Shown in pieces: positions 1 to 8,108 of a stretch of 19,159 nucleotides of DNA. The stretch spans positions 1 through 19,159 of the forward strand of contig JARRQT010000178.1 of assembly GCA_037381445.1 (NCBI GenBank), given 5' to 3'. The position numbers and the translations under genes are program-made. Source of the DNA: Calditrichia bacterium (GTDB taxonomy: Bacteria; Calditrichota; Calditrichia; RBG-13-44-9). Positions within the stretch are counted from its first letter, which is position 1; each line of letters begins with the position of its first letter. The notes under the pieces were generated by a model. The model searched no databases. It was not told the DNA's origin and was given only the letters and a program-made list of their open reading frames with translations.

Positions 1-583
1 CGATTTTAAAGCGTTGATTGTTTTTTAGCTGGCCGAGCGCATTGTTCAGGATTGTCTGACTGGAGGACGAGAACAGTGTGGTAAGCGTTTTACCGATCAC
101 CTCTTGTTTTTCATAACCAAAATAGGTCAGAAGACTGGAATTCGTTTTCTCAATGATAAAGTCTTCATTCAGTTGCAGTATGTTTGCTTCAATACGGTCG
201 GAATCAAGCGCCTGCACTTTATTCCGCGTAATATTCAGATCCATTCTCAAATGGGTGAAGTAGGCGCCGATTTTGATGGTGATATCCTGAAGCAGTTCAA
301 GGGTTTTGTAAACATCGAAATCCCTATCGGTTATTTGGGGCGATTGTGCGACGATTTCATCCCGCAGAATGAAAAGGGTATCGAGAAAATTGTGGGGGTC
401 CAGACCGTTGCTTTCTACAAAGTCGATTATTTCCGGCAATAAATAATAGATGTCATTATTGTTTTGATAAATGGCTTCCAGGAATTTTAAAAAGACATTC
501 TTCTTCTGGTATAAAGGGATCGAATCAGAATAAGGTGATTTTAAAACCTGCTTCTGCCATTTGCTATAAATCGTTTCTATCAT
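1..583 (-). CDS. PAS-domain signal transduction protein (probable sensor kinase or similar), partial, runs off the left edge
   Basis: Manual translation from ATG at 583 stays open to base 1 (MIETIYSKWQKQVLKS...). Residues ~134-170, ILQLNEDFIIEKTNSSLLTYFGYEKQEVIGKTLTTLF, match the PAS N-x5-GY-x3-E-x-IG pattern. Not in the supplied ORF track because there is no stop in the window. Confidence 0.8.
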   Translation of the reverse strand, partial: MIETIYSKWQKQVLKSPYSDSIPLYQKKNVFLKFLEAIYQNNNDIYYLLPEIIDFVESNGLDPHNFLDTLFILRDEIVAQSPQITDRDFDVYKTLELLQDITIKIGAYFTHLRMDLNITRNKVQALDSDRIEANILQLNEDFIIEKTNSSLLTYFGYEKQEVIGKTLTTLFSSSSQTILNNALGQLKNNQRFKI

Positions 584-763
584 AAAATAAATTGACCTGC
601 TTAAGTTAATTACTTTACTCATTATCGGACATACTTTTAATCCCTTAACCTAAAATATGCAAAAACTTATGCTTCCCTTATGAATTCATGTTTGTTGAAT
701 ATTGCCGGAAATATTCTGAAATGAAACGGAGGTTCCGGAGTAGGTTTTACCAAATATTGCTGT

Positions 764-1678
764 TTGTGCAAAACCTTTGTCGGTTTTTGCCGGCTCCGAT
801 GCAGCGCCGCCGAAATTGGATTCACTAAAAGCCCGTTCCAACTCGATATTCATCTGCAGTGGGGCGGAGATACTGGAACCATCGGCCTCATCATCGTTCT
901 TCTGGCGGTGATTGCAGCCATTTTTGCGAATGTTCTGGCACCTTACAGTCCCTACGAACAGCATATTGATCAATCCTTGCAGGGGCCGTCTGCCCGGCAT
1001 TGGTTAGGCCAGGATGATCTCGGTCGGGACATTTTGAGTCGAATTATGTATGGGACGCGTATCAGTCTGATGGTTGGTTTTATTACGGTGAGTATTTCGG
1101 CTATTTTCGGAATGCTGGTGGGAGCGTTATCGGGCTATCTCGGCGGCTGGATAGACGAGATCCTCATGCGGATTACAGATATCCTGCTGGCTTTTCCCGG
1201 CATACTGCTGGCCATTGCCATCATGGCGATACTGGGACCCAGCCTGAACAACGTGATTATCGCGCTCTGTATCGTAGGATGGAAATCCTATGCCCGGCTG
1301 GTGCGGGGGGAGATTCTGAAGGAAAAGGAGCAGGAGTATGTGCAGGCCGCCCGGGCGCTTGGATATTCAAAGACCCGGACCATCATTTTTCATCTGGTTC
1401 CCAATACGCTGAATCCCGTGATCGTTATGTCCACGTTGGGAATCGCCTCCATGATCATCTCCGAAGCGGGATTGTCTTTCCTGGGACTCGGCACCCAGCC
1501 GCCAATCCCCAGCTGGGGCGCGATGCTCGCTGAAGGCCGGCAGTACCTGCTACAGGCCTACCAGCTGACGACCTTCCCAGGTCTGGCGATCATGATTCTG
1601 GTCCTGGGATTTTCATTTCTGGGCGATGCGTTGCGGGACGCGCTGGATCCCCATATTAAGATATTAAAAGATTTTTAG
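764..1678 (+). CDS. ABC transporter permease, DppC/OppC/NikC family; true start uncertain
   Basis: HWLGQDDLGRDILSRIMYGTRISL, EAA loop EYVQAARALG, HLVPN, EAGLSFLGLG, PSWGAML, LGDALRDALDP. Family-like sequence only begins at about 870; TTG 764 has no clear RBS. Confidence 0.9.
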   Translation: MCKTFVGFCRLRCSAAEIGFTKSPFQLDIHLQWGGDTGTIGLIIVLLAVIAAIFANVLAPYSPYEQHIDQSLQGPSARHWLGQDDLGRDILSRIMYGTRISLMVGFITVSISAIFGMLVGALSGYLGGWIDEILMRITDILLAFPGILLAIAIMAILGPSLNNVIIALCIVGWKSYARLVRGEILKEKEQEYVQAARALGYSKTRTIIFHLVPNTLNPVIVMSTLGIASMIISEAGLSFLGLGTQPPIPSWGAMLAEGRQYLLQAYQLTTFPGLAIMILVLGFSFLGDALRDALDPHIKILKDF

Positions 1679-1731
1679 ATTTTTCTCATAATTCACCCGA
1701 TATTTATACTGATATTTATTTGGGCGGCGCT

Positions 1732-2730
1732 ATGAACAAGAAACAATTTCTCTGGCTTCTGAAACTGGTTGTAGGCTTAATTTTGATTTTCATGCTCTAC
1801 CGTGAAATCAATAAAGGCCAGGAAATTCTCAATGCATTCAAAAGCGCCAACTGGGTGAATGTATCCATTGGCCTGGCCCTGCTTCTGCCTAATGTCCTCC
1901 TGCAGTTTTTAAAATGGCGCTATATTTTGCGGACCCGCTATCCGGAAATGGGGAGCGGAATTACCCTGCAGTCTCTCCTGTTCGGATTCACCCTCGGTTT
2001 TATCACCCCGGGAAACCTTGGCGAACTGGCGCGCGGCTTGTTCTTTAAGAAATTTGACCGCCTGGTTATTACCGGACTCAACGTCATGGACAAGCTTTTT
2101 GGAATGATGATATTTATTACTGTTGGTTTTGTTTCGCTGAATATCATTATGCTGACCCATTTTAACTGGCCCGGATTTGTAGTACTTCCTGTGCTGATAA
2201 TCAGTCTTGTCTTCCTGGTCCTGATCTGGATTATTGCCCTTAATCCCCAGTGGGTTCGGTCTTTTCTCTACGGGATCAATACCATGCTGCCAGTGCGCGA
2301 AAAAATAAAAAGCTTTATTTCCTGCCTGGATAATTTCCGCCGGAAAGACTCGCTGATTATGATTGCCTATGGATTCATATGGTTTTTGATCATCTTTTTT
2401 CAGTATCATGTTATGATACTGGCATTCGCAAATGTTAATATCATTGATTCTTTTCTATCAGTGAGCGCTCTGCTCTTTACAAAAGTCGCGCTGCCGATTT
2501 CTTTCGGTGATCTGGGTATCCGGGAAGGCGCATCGGTTTTTTACTATATGCTCTACGGCATCCCCAAAGCTGCCGCTTTCGACGCTGCCCTTCTCATCTT
2601 TGTCATAAATTTTATTGTACCCGCGCTGGGGGGGATATATTTCGTTTTTAAACTTCGCTGGGAGATGAAAAGATCGAATGAGTTGGCAAAGACTGCAGCA
2701 GACCGCGGCAAAATGATGGAAAAAATTTAG
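1732..2730 (+). CDS. Lysylphosphatidylglycerol synthase TM-region (UPF0104) flippase-like membrane protein
   Basis: Multi-TM; motifs KWRYIL, GFITPGNLGELAR, DKLFG, LPISFGDLGIREG are typical of the LPG_synthase_TM family. ATG at 1732 preferred over TTG at 1720. Confidence 0.85.
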   Translation: MNKKQFLWLLKLVVGLILIFMLYREINKGQEILNAFKSANWVNVSIGLALLLPNVLLQFLKWRYILRTRYPEMGSGITLQSLLFGFTLGFITPGNLGELARGLFFKKFDRLVITGLNVMDKLFGMMIFITVGFVSLNIIMLTHFNWPGFVVLPVLIISLVFLVLIWIIALNPQWVRSFLYGINTMLPVREKIKSFISCLDNFRRKDSLIMIAYGFIWFLIIFFQYHVMILAFANVNIIDSFLSVSALLFTKVALPISFGDLGIREGASVFYYMLYGIPKAAAFDAALLIFVINFIVPALGGIYFVFKLRWEMKRSNELAKTAADRGKMMEKI

Positions 2731-2768
2731 TGAGAGATATCGGACCCTGGATAACAAATAAAGGGAAT

Positions 2769-3899
2769 ATGCTTGTGGTATGGATTTTTATTGTGTTAGG
2801 AATACTTTATAGTGCGATTATCCTTTACTTTTATATCGGATTATTCAGAATTAAGTCTGTTAATCAGAAAAACAGGTTGACGGTTTCTGTGCTCGTTCCC
2901 GCCCGGAATGAGTCCCGTAATATTGAGGCATGTCTGGAGAGTCTGTGGAATCAGACTTACCCCAGAAATCTGTTTGAAGTGGTTGTTATCGATGATCATT
3001 CAACCGATGAGACTTCGCAAATTGTCAAAAAATTTATTTCTGACAAACCGAATTTTCGACTATTGCATCACCGCAATGACGGGGACCGGCCCACATACAA
3101 AAAACAGGCGCTGAAGTTCGCCCTGGATTCGGTTTCCCGCGAGGTTGTCATGACCATAGATGCCGACACGATCGCCCAGCCTTCCTGGGTCGAATCCATG
3201 ATAAGTCAGTATGATTCTCGGACAGGCATGGTCGCGGGACTGGTCACCTTTGCGCGGGAAATGGAAGAATCTCTGTTTCACAAAATGCAGACGCTGGAAT
3301 TCGCCGGTATTGTTTTTTGCGGGGCGGGGGGCGTCGGCAATAAAAATCCGCTGATCTGCAATGGCAGCAACCTCTCCTATCGGATGCAGGCTTTCCGCGA
3401 TGCGGGAGGATATGAGGGTAATCTTCATTTGCCCTCGGGAGATGACGATTTGCTGCTGCAGAATATTCACAAACATACCGACTGGAAGGTCAGGTATTCT
3501 GTTGCTCATGAAACGGTAAATTATACCCGGCCGGCGAAACACCTGAAATCTTTTTTGAACCAACGGGCACGCTGGGCCTCCAAATCTCTTCACTACCCCT
3601 CAAAAATGTTGTTTCCGGTTTTATTTTCAATTTATCTTTATTATGCTTTCATTTTTATACTGCTACCATTTACGATGGCGGGATTATTCCCGGTAAAATT
3701 CTACCTGATAGGCCTGTTGTTAAAAATTGTCCCGGAATTTCTTGTCATGCTAAAAAGCATGGCCATTCTAAGGCGCAGGAATTTGTTGCTGCTTTTTCCG
3801 CTTGCCCAGTTTTTTCAGGTTCCCTACATTCTTTATGCGGGACTGATGGGATTTTTAAATAAATTCAGCTGGAAGGATCCAAACGGTGATAATGCATAA
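2769..3899 (+). CDS. Glycosyltransferase family 2, membrane-bound, QxxRW type
   Basis: VSVLVPARNE, IDDHSTD, KKQAL, TIDAD (DxD), SGDDDL, QRARW; N- and C-terminal TM helices. ATG at 2769 follows AAGGGA; alternative GTG start at 2730. Confidence 0.92.
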   Translation: MLVVWIFIVLGILYSAIILYFYIGLFRIKSVNQKNRLTVSVLVPARNESRNIEACLESLWNQTYPRNLFEVVVIDDHSTDETSQIVKKFISDKPNFRLLHHRNDGDRPTYKKQALKFALDSVSREVVMTIDADTIAQPSWVESMISQYDSRTGMVAGLVTFAREMEESLFHKMQTLEFAGIVFCGAGGVGNKNPLICNGSNLSYRMQAFRDAGGYEGNLHLPSGDDDLLLQNIHKHTDWKVRYSVAHETVNYTRPAKHLKSFLNQRARWASKSLHYPSKMLFPVLFSIYLYYAFIFILLPFTMAGLFPVKFYLIGLLLKIVPEFLVMLKSMAILRRRNLLLLFPLAQFFQVPYILYAGLMGFLNKFSWKDPNGDNA

Positions 3900-4426
3900 A
3901 ACTCTTGGGAAGATCGTATTTCCGGCCTTCACGAATCTGATCTGGCAACTGCCCCGGAACAAAAAATGCCTCTATATCACCTTTGATGACGGACCCTTTC
4001 CTCCTGCAACGGAGGAGATATTAAGATTATGGGGAACATATCCTCGGAAACCACGGATTTTTCCACAATACTTATTTTTTTGTTTCCGGAAAAAAGCTGG
4101 AAAAGGAAATCCGGGAAACCGATCATCTTATCGCTGAACATTTTGGCGTTTTGCCCCGCTTGTTCAGGCCGCCCTATGGGGTGTTCGGTCCGGGTGTTTT
4201 AAGAACCCTCGAATTTCTCAACAAGGATATGGTATTGTGGTCGCTCATGAGCAACGATTTCAAATGGAGTCCCATAAAGGTATTAGCCTTTTTACGGCAG
4301 AATCTGGAATCGGGTGATATCGTGGTGTTTCATGATTCTCCTCAGAGTTACCGGACGACGCTGGAAGTATTGCCTGAGTTTCTGAAATTTTGCAGTTCCG
4401 AAGGTTATGATTTCCTAACATTTTGA
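3892..4426 (+). pseudogene. Polysaccharide deacetylase (CE4/NodB), disrupted by an internal deletion and frameshift at about 4021-4025
   Basis: Frame 1 gives LYITFDDGP...TEEIL. From 4025 a different frame gives DYGEHILGNHGFFH...KEIRETD...LFRPPYG...WSLMSNDF...IVVFHD. The conserved ATFF segment between them is absent. Confidence 0.85.
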
Positions 4427-4442
4427 TGAAAAGGTCATTATT

Positions 4443-5798
4443 TTGAAAAGTATTATTCTGGCTATCGTCCGGTCCCCCCGCCTCAGAGATGCACTGCTAA
4501 AAATCAGCGATCGGCTTTTTAGTTCACTCGAGTTTGGTGAGACGCTTCAGGATTATAGCAGTTCTGCGAGGACAAAGCATGTTGGCCTACGTATCATCGA
4601 ATATGATCTCATTCGTTATTTGAGCGACGAAGAACGGATTCATTTCTACAAAAAAGACTGTCCCACAATTATCCTTACACAGGTTGGTTCCGAGCATTAT
4701 GCATTTTCGGTTTCACCCTATATTCAACTGAATTCGAAGCACGATTCCGGCACAGAAGAAATCGCAAGGATTATAAATAGGAACTACCAGCCCCTCTCCA
4801 GTGGCAGTCTGTACAGCAAAGGGGAAGGAATTCAGTTTGTCAGCCGCAATCCCAAAATGCTCGAGATATTCCAAAGCGCCAAAAAAGTGGCGCAGTTTAA
4901 CACCCACGTTCTACTGTTGGGGGAAAGCGGGACGGGAAAAGATGTGCTGGCGCAGCTCATTCATGCTTTCAGCAAAAGAAACGAACGGAATATGGTCAAA
5001 GTCAACTGCGCGGCAATTCCGGGAGATCTGCTCGAAACCGAAATGTTCGGCTACCGGAAAGGGGCGTTCACGAATGCCTACGAAGATAAAAGGGGAAAAA
5101 TCCAATTGGCTAACGGCAGCACGTTGTTTCTGGATGAGATCGGGGAATTGGACCTGCCGCTGCAGGCCAAACTGCTGAGAGTGATTGAAACCGGCGAAGT
5201 GGATATTATCGGTGGAATTGAGCCTGTAAAAGTTGACATCCGTCTGATATCCGCAACCAATCAAAATCTGCGGAAGTCAGTCGAAATGAAGAGGTTTCGG
5301 GAAGATTTGTACTACCGGTTAAATGTGGTCAATTTTCAACTGATTCCTTTGCGGGACCGCCCGGAAGATATCCCTCTCCTGTTCGAACATTTTTTATCAT
5401 TCTTCTGCAAAAAATATAATAAAAGGATAAACAATCGCAGGCCCGAATCCCTGAAGGATTTATATGAGTATGCCTGGCCGGGCAATGTGAGGGAGTTTCG
5501 AAATTTTATGGAACGCCTGGTGGTTCAAACCTATGCCGCCGAGATCGATACCGATTTGATGCGTCACGAAATTGAAAACCTTACCCGGCAGCAGCAATCT
5601 AACCATGGGGCGGGAGATCTGGCCGCTTATTTGGAAAATGAGGAAAAACAGCATATCCTGCGCACGCTGTCAGAGAATAATTATAAAATATTAGCAACTG
5701 CCCGGGAACTGGGGATCAGCCGGATTAGTATGTTCAGAAAACTGAAAAAGCATGGAATAGAGGTGATGAATTTGAAAAACCGGAAAGGCCCCCATTGA
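4443..5798 (+). CDS. Sigma-54-dependent transcriptional activator (bEBP): degenerate receiver-like N-terminus, AAA+ domain, Fis-type HTH
   Basis: Walker A GESGTGKD, VNCAAIP, GAFTNA, Walker B LFLDEIGE, RFREDLYYRLNV, WPGNVRE, C-terminal TARELGISRISMFRKLKKHGI. Confidence 0.95.
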   Translation: MKSIILAIVRSPRLRDALLKISDRLFSSLEFGETLQDYSSSARTKHVGLRIIEYDLIRYLSDEERIHFYKKDCPTIILTQVGSEHYAFSVSPYIQLNSKHDSGTEEIARIINRNYQPLSSGSLYSKGEGIQFVSRNPKMLEIFQSAKKVAQFNTHVLLLGESGTGKDVLAQLIHAFSKRNERNMVKVNCAAIPGDLLETEMFGYRKGAFTNAYEDKRGKIQLANGSTLFLDEIGELDLPLQAKLLRVIETGEVDIIGGIEPVKVDIRLISATNQNLRKSVEMKRFREDLYYRLNVVNFQLIPLRDRPEDIPLLFEHFLSFFCKKYNKRINNRRPESLKDLYEYAWPGNVREFRNFMERLVVQTYAAEIDTDLMRHEIENLTRQQQSNHGAGDLAAYLENEEKQHILRTLSENNYKILATARELGISRISMFRKLKKHGIEVMNLKNRKGPH

Positions 5799-6640
5799 AA
5801 ATATATCGATCAAATGCTAAAATAAATATTGGCCTGCGGATTGTGGGAAAGCGACCGGATGGGTACCACGAACTGGAATCGATATTCCAGGAAATAAGCC
5901 TGTGCGATGAAATCCTGATTCGCAAGAGGCCCCGAGGAATAAAAATTCAGAGCAGCCATCCCGATTTGCCGGTGGATGAGAAGAATTTGTGCTTCCGCGT
6001 TTTTCAACTAATGGCAGAAAAATTTCGCATCAACGCTGGTGTGGAAATCGAACTCATCAAAAATATCCCGATGGGATCCGGCCTCGGGGGAGGAAGCAGT
6101 AATGCAGCGATTTGCCTGGAAGCCATCAATGAACTTTATGATCTGGGTCTGTCAGCCGGACAATTAATGGAGCTCGGCGCTCAGGTTGGATCGGATATAC
6201 CATTCTTTATTCTGGGAAAAGCAGCCTTCGTGAGAGGCCGCGGAGAAATTGTGCAGCCAATCCGTTTTTTAGCAGATTATCAGGTCCTGATTGTTCATCC
6301 TGAAATACATATTTCGACAGCATTTGTTTATAAAAATTTTGAATTAGGCTTGACTAAATATGGAAGCGATGTTAAATTTGAGGCCTTGATTTCGAGGGTT
6401 CAAACCCTTGGCGATCTGAATCGTTTGTTTTTTAATGATCTGGAAGAGATTGCAATAAGATATTACCCGGAATTGAGCGGGATACGTCAGCAGCTTGAAG
6501 CGATCGGGGCCAGGTTTGTGAGCTTAAGCGGGAGCGGGTCAGCGATGTACGGGCTTTTTCCATTAGATGAAGATGTGAGTGCAGTAAAAGACCGTGTATT
6601 TCCTCATTTCCGGGTGTATGTCGTAAAACCGGTTGTTTAA
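5795..6640 (+). CDS. ispE: 4-diphosphocytidyl-2-C-methyl-D-erythritol kinase
   Basis: AKINIGL, RPDGYHEL, GHMP ATP loop KNIPMGSGLGGGSSNAA, GSDIPFF, SGSGS. TTG start overlaps the upstream TGA. Confidence 0.97.
   Translation: MKIYRSNAKINIGLRIVGKRPDGYHELESIFQEISLCDEILIRKRPRGIKIQSSHPDLPVDEKNLCFRVFQLMAEKFRINAGVEIELIKNIPMGSGLGGGSSNAAICLEAINELYDLGLSAGQLMELGAQVGSDIPFFILGKAAFVRGRGEIVQPIRFLADYQVLIVHPEIHISTAFVYKNFELGLTKYGSDVKFEALISRVQTLGDLNRLFFNDLEEIAIRYYPELSGIRQQLEAIGARFVSLSGSGSAMYGLFPLDEDVSAVKDRVFPHFRVYVVKPVV
6350..6378 (+). promoter_or_regulatory. Putative internal sigma-70 promoter within ispE for tRNA-Gln/rplY
   Basis: TTGACT (6350-6355), 17 bp spacer, TAAATT (6373-6378), with an extended -10 TG at 6370-6371. 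Confidence 0.55.
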
Positions 6641-6641
6641 T

Positions 6642-6713
6642 TGGGGTGTAGCCAAGCGGTAAGGCACCGGGTTTTGGTCCCGGCATGCGGAGGTTCGAAT
6701 CCCCCCACCCCAG
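6642..6713 (+). tRNA. tRNA-Gln(TTG), CCA not encoded
   Basis: Acceptor stem TGGGGTG/CACCCCA, D-arm AGCCAAGCGGTAAGGC, anticodon arm CCGGG-TTTTGGT-CCCGG, T-loop TTCGAAT. Confidence 0.96.
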
Positions 6714-6733
6714 CTTGGATGAGTCAAAGGATT

Positions 6734-6767
6734 AAGATGCAAGTGGACTTCTACTTGCATTTTTTTA
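6734..6767 (+). terminator. Hairpin with T-tract between tRNA-Gln and rplY (terminator or processing site)
   Basis: ATGCAAGTGG...CTACTTGCAT stem followed by a T run. Confidence 0.65.
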
Positions 6768-6790
6768 ATCATTATACCTAAGGAGAAGTT

Positions 6791-7432
6791 ATGAGCGAAG
6801 TCATAGTAAAAGCCAGCAAACGTGATCAGATTGGAAAAGGGTATGCCAGAAAATACCGTTCCGGCGGTTTGATTCCTGCTGAATTCTATTCTGCCCACGA
6901 TGACAATAAGCATCTGTTGGTAAACGGCAAGGAGTTTGAAACCCTCCTGTCCCACTCCCACGGCCTGCTGACCCTGGAGGTTGAGGGTGAGAAAAAGCAG
7001 GTGCAATGCATTGTTAAAGATCTGCAACACCACCCCATCAATGGCTCGGTATTACATGTGGATTTTCAAGGCGTAAAACAGGATGAAAAAATTACCATCG
7101 ATGTTCCCCTGGTGCTAAAGGGAACCGCGCCCGGCGTAAAAGCAGGCGGAATACTCGAACATCTGATTCGAGAGTTACAGGTAGAATGCTTTCCAAGAGA
7201 CATTCCCGAGCGGATCGAGATCGAAATTGCCGGCCTGGAGATCGGTGATTCCATCCAGGTGAAGGATCTGGAACACGCCAATTTCCGTATTTTGGACGAT
7301 CCTGAAGAAACCATTGTCATGGTTGAGCATGCCCGGGTTGCAAAAGAGGAAGAAGCAGAAGAGGAACTCCTCGCGGAAGAGCCGCAGGAACCGGAAGTTA
7401 TCCGGGGCCGGAAAGAGGAAGAAGAAGACTAA
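6791..7432 (+). CDS. rplY: 50S ribosomal protein L25 (long Ctc/TL5 form)
   Basis: GKGYARKYRSGGLIPAEFY, QHHPINGSVLHVDF, GVKAGGIL, IGDSIQVKDL, acidic tail ending EPEVIRGRKEEEED. RBS AAGGAG. Confidence 0.97.
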   Translation: MSEVIVKASKRDQIGKGYARKYRSGGLIPAEFYSAHDDNKHLLVNGKEFETLLSHSHGLLTLEVEGEKKQVQCIVKDLQHHPINGSVLHVDFQGVKQDEKITIDVPLVLKGTAPGVKAGGILEHLIRELQVECFPRDIPERIEIEIAGLEIGDSIQVKDLEHANFRILDDPEETIVMVEHARVAKEEEAEEELLAEEPQEPEVIRGRKEEEED

Positions 7433-7444
7433 TATTTTTGATAA

Positions 7445-7478
7445 AAGAAGGACTATTTCGATAGTCCTTCTTCATTTT
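7445..7478 (+). terminator. Stem-loop after rplY
   Basis: Perfect 12-bp stem AAGAAGGACTAT-TTCG-ATAGTCCTTCTT followed by CATTTT. Confidence 0.65.
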
Positions 7479-7519
7479 AGATCTCGCCAAAATTATTTTT
7501 CTCTTTATTGGGATGCCAG

Positions 7520-8092
7520 GTGTATATTATCTTTGGATTAGGAAATCCGGGACCGCAATACGAAATGACCCGCCACAATGTGGGATATATGGTTTTGGAT
7601 GAACTGGTAAAACGTTATGATGTTTTGTTTAAAAGGGGAAATGGCCCTTTTGAGGCATCCGCATGCTATTTTAACGACCATCAGATTTTGTTTGTAAAAC
7701 CTTTGACATTTATGAATTTAAGCGGAGAAGCTGTATCTTTTTTAATTGATGAATATAATTTTCATGATTATTCAAAATTGTTGGTCGTGTTAGATGATAT
7801 CAATCTTCCATTTGGAACAATACGCCTTCGACCATACGGGAGCGATGGCGGGCAAAAGGGATTGCGTTCAATTATTGATGCACTTGAAGACCGCGGGATT
7901 CCCCGTTTGAGAATCGGAATCGGAGATAACTTTTCAGATGCAGTGGATTATGTATTATCGCCTTTTACTGCAAAAGAACGGGAAGATTTACCTCTTATTT
8001 TAAAACATGCCGTCGACGCTGTCGAGTCTTTTATCGAAGAAGGAATCGGGTTGACAATGAGTCGATATAATCGGAATTTTCTGGATCAATAA
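7520..8092 (+). CDS. pth: Peptidyl-tRNA hydrolase
   Basis: [39 protein letters not shown] at 7520 is the likely start (ORF track gives TTG 7508). Confidence 0.96.
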   Translation: MYIIFGLGNPGPQYEMTRHNVGYMVLDELVKRYDVLFKRGNGPFEASACYFNDHQILFVKPLTFMNLSGEAVSFLIDEYNFHDYSKLLVVLDDINLPFGTIRLRPYGSDGGQKGLRSIIDALEDRGIPRLRIGIGDNFSDAVDYVLSPFTAKEREDLPLILKHAVDAVESFIEEGIGLTMSRYNRNFLDQ

Positions 8093-8108
8093 AGGAGGAG
8101 GATGTTCA

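Noticed and set aside
104..442. 112-aa + strand ORF from the track
   Set aside because: Antisense shadow of the longer minus-strand PAS-domain gene (1-583); no RBS or motifs.
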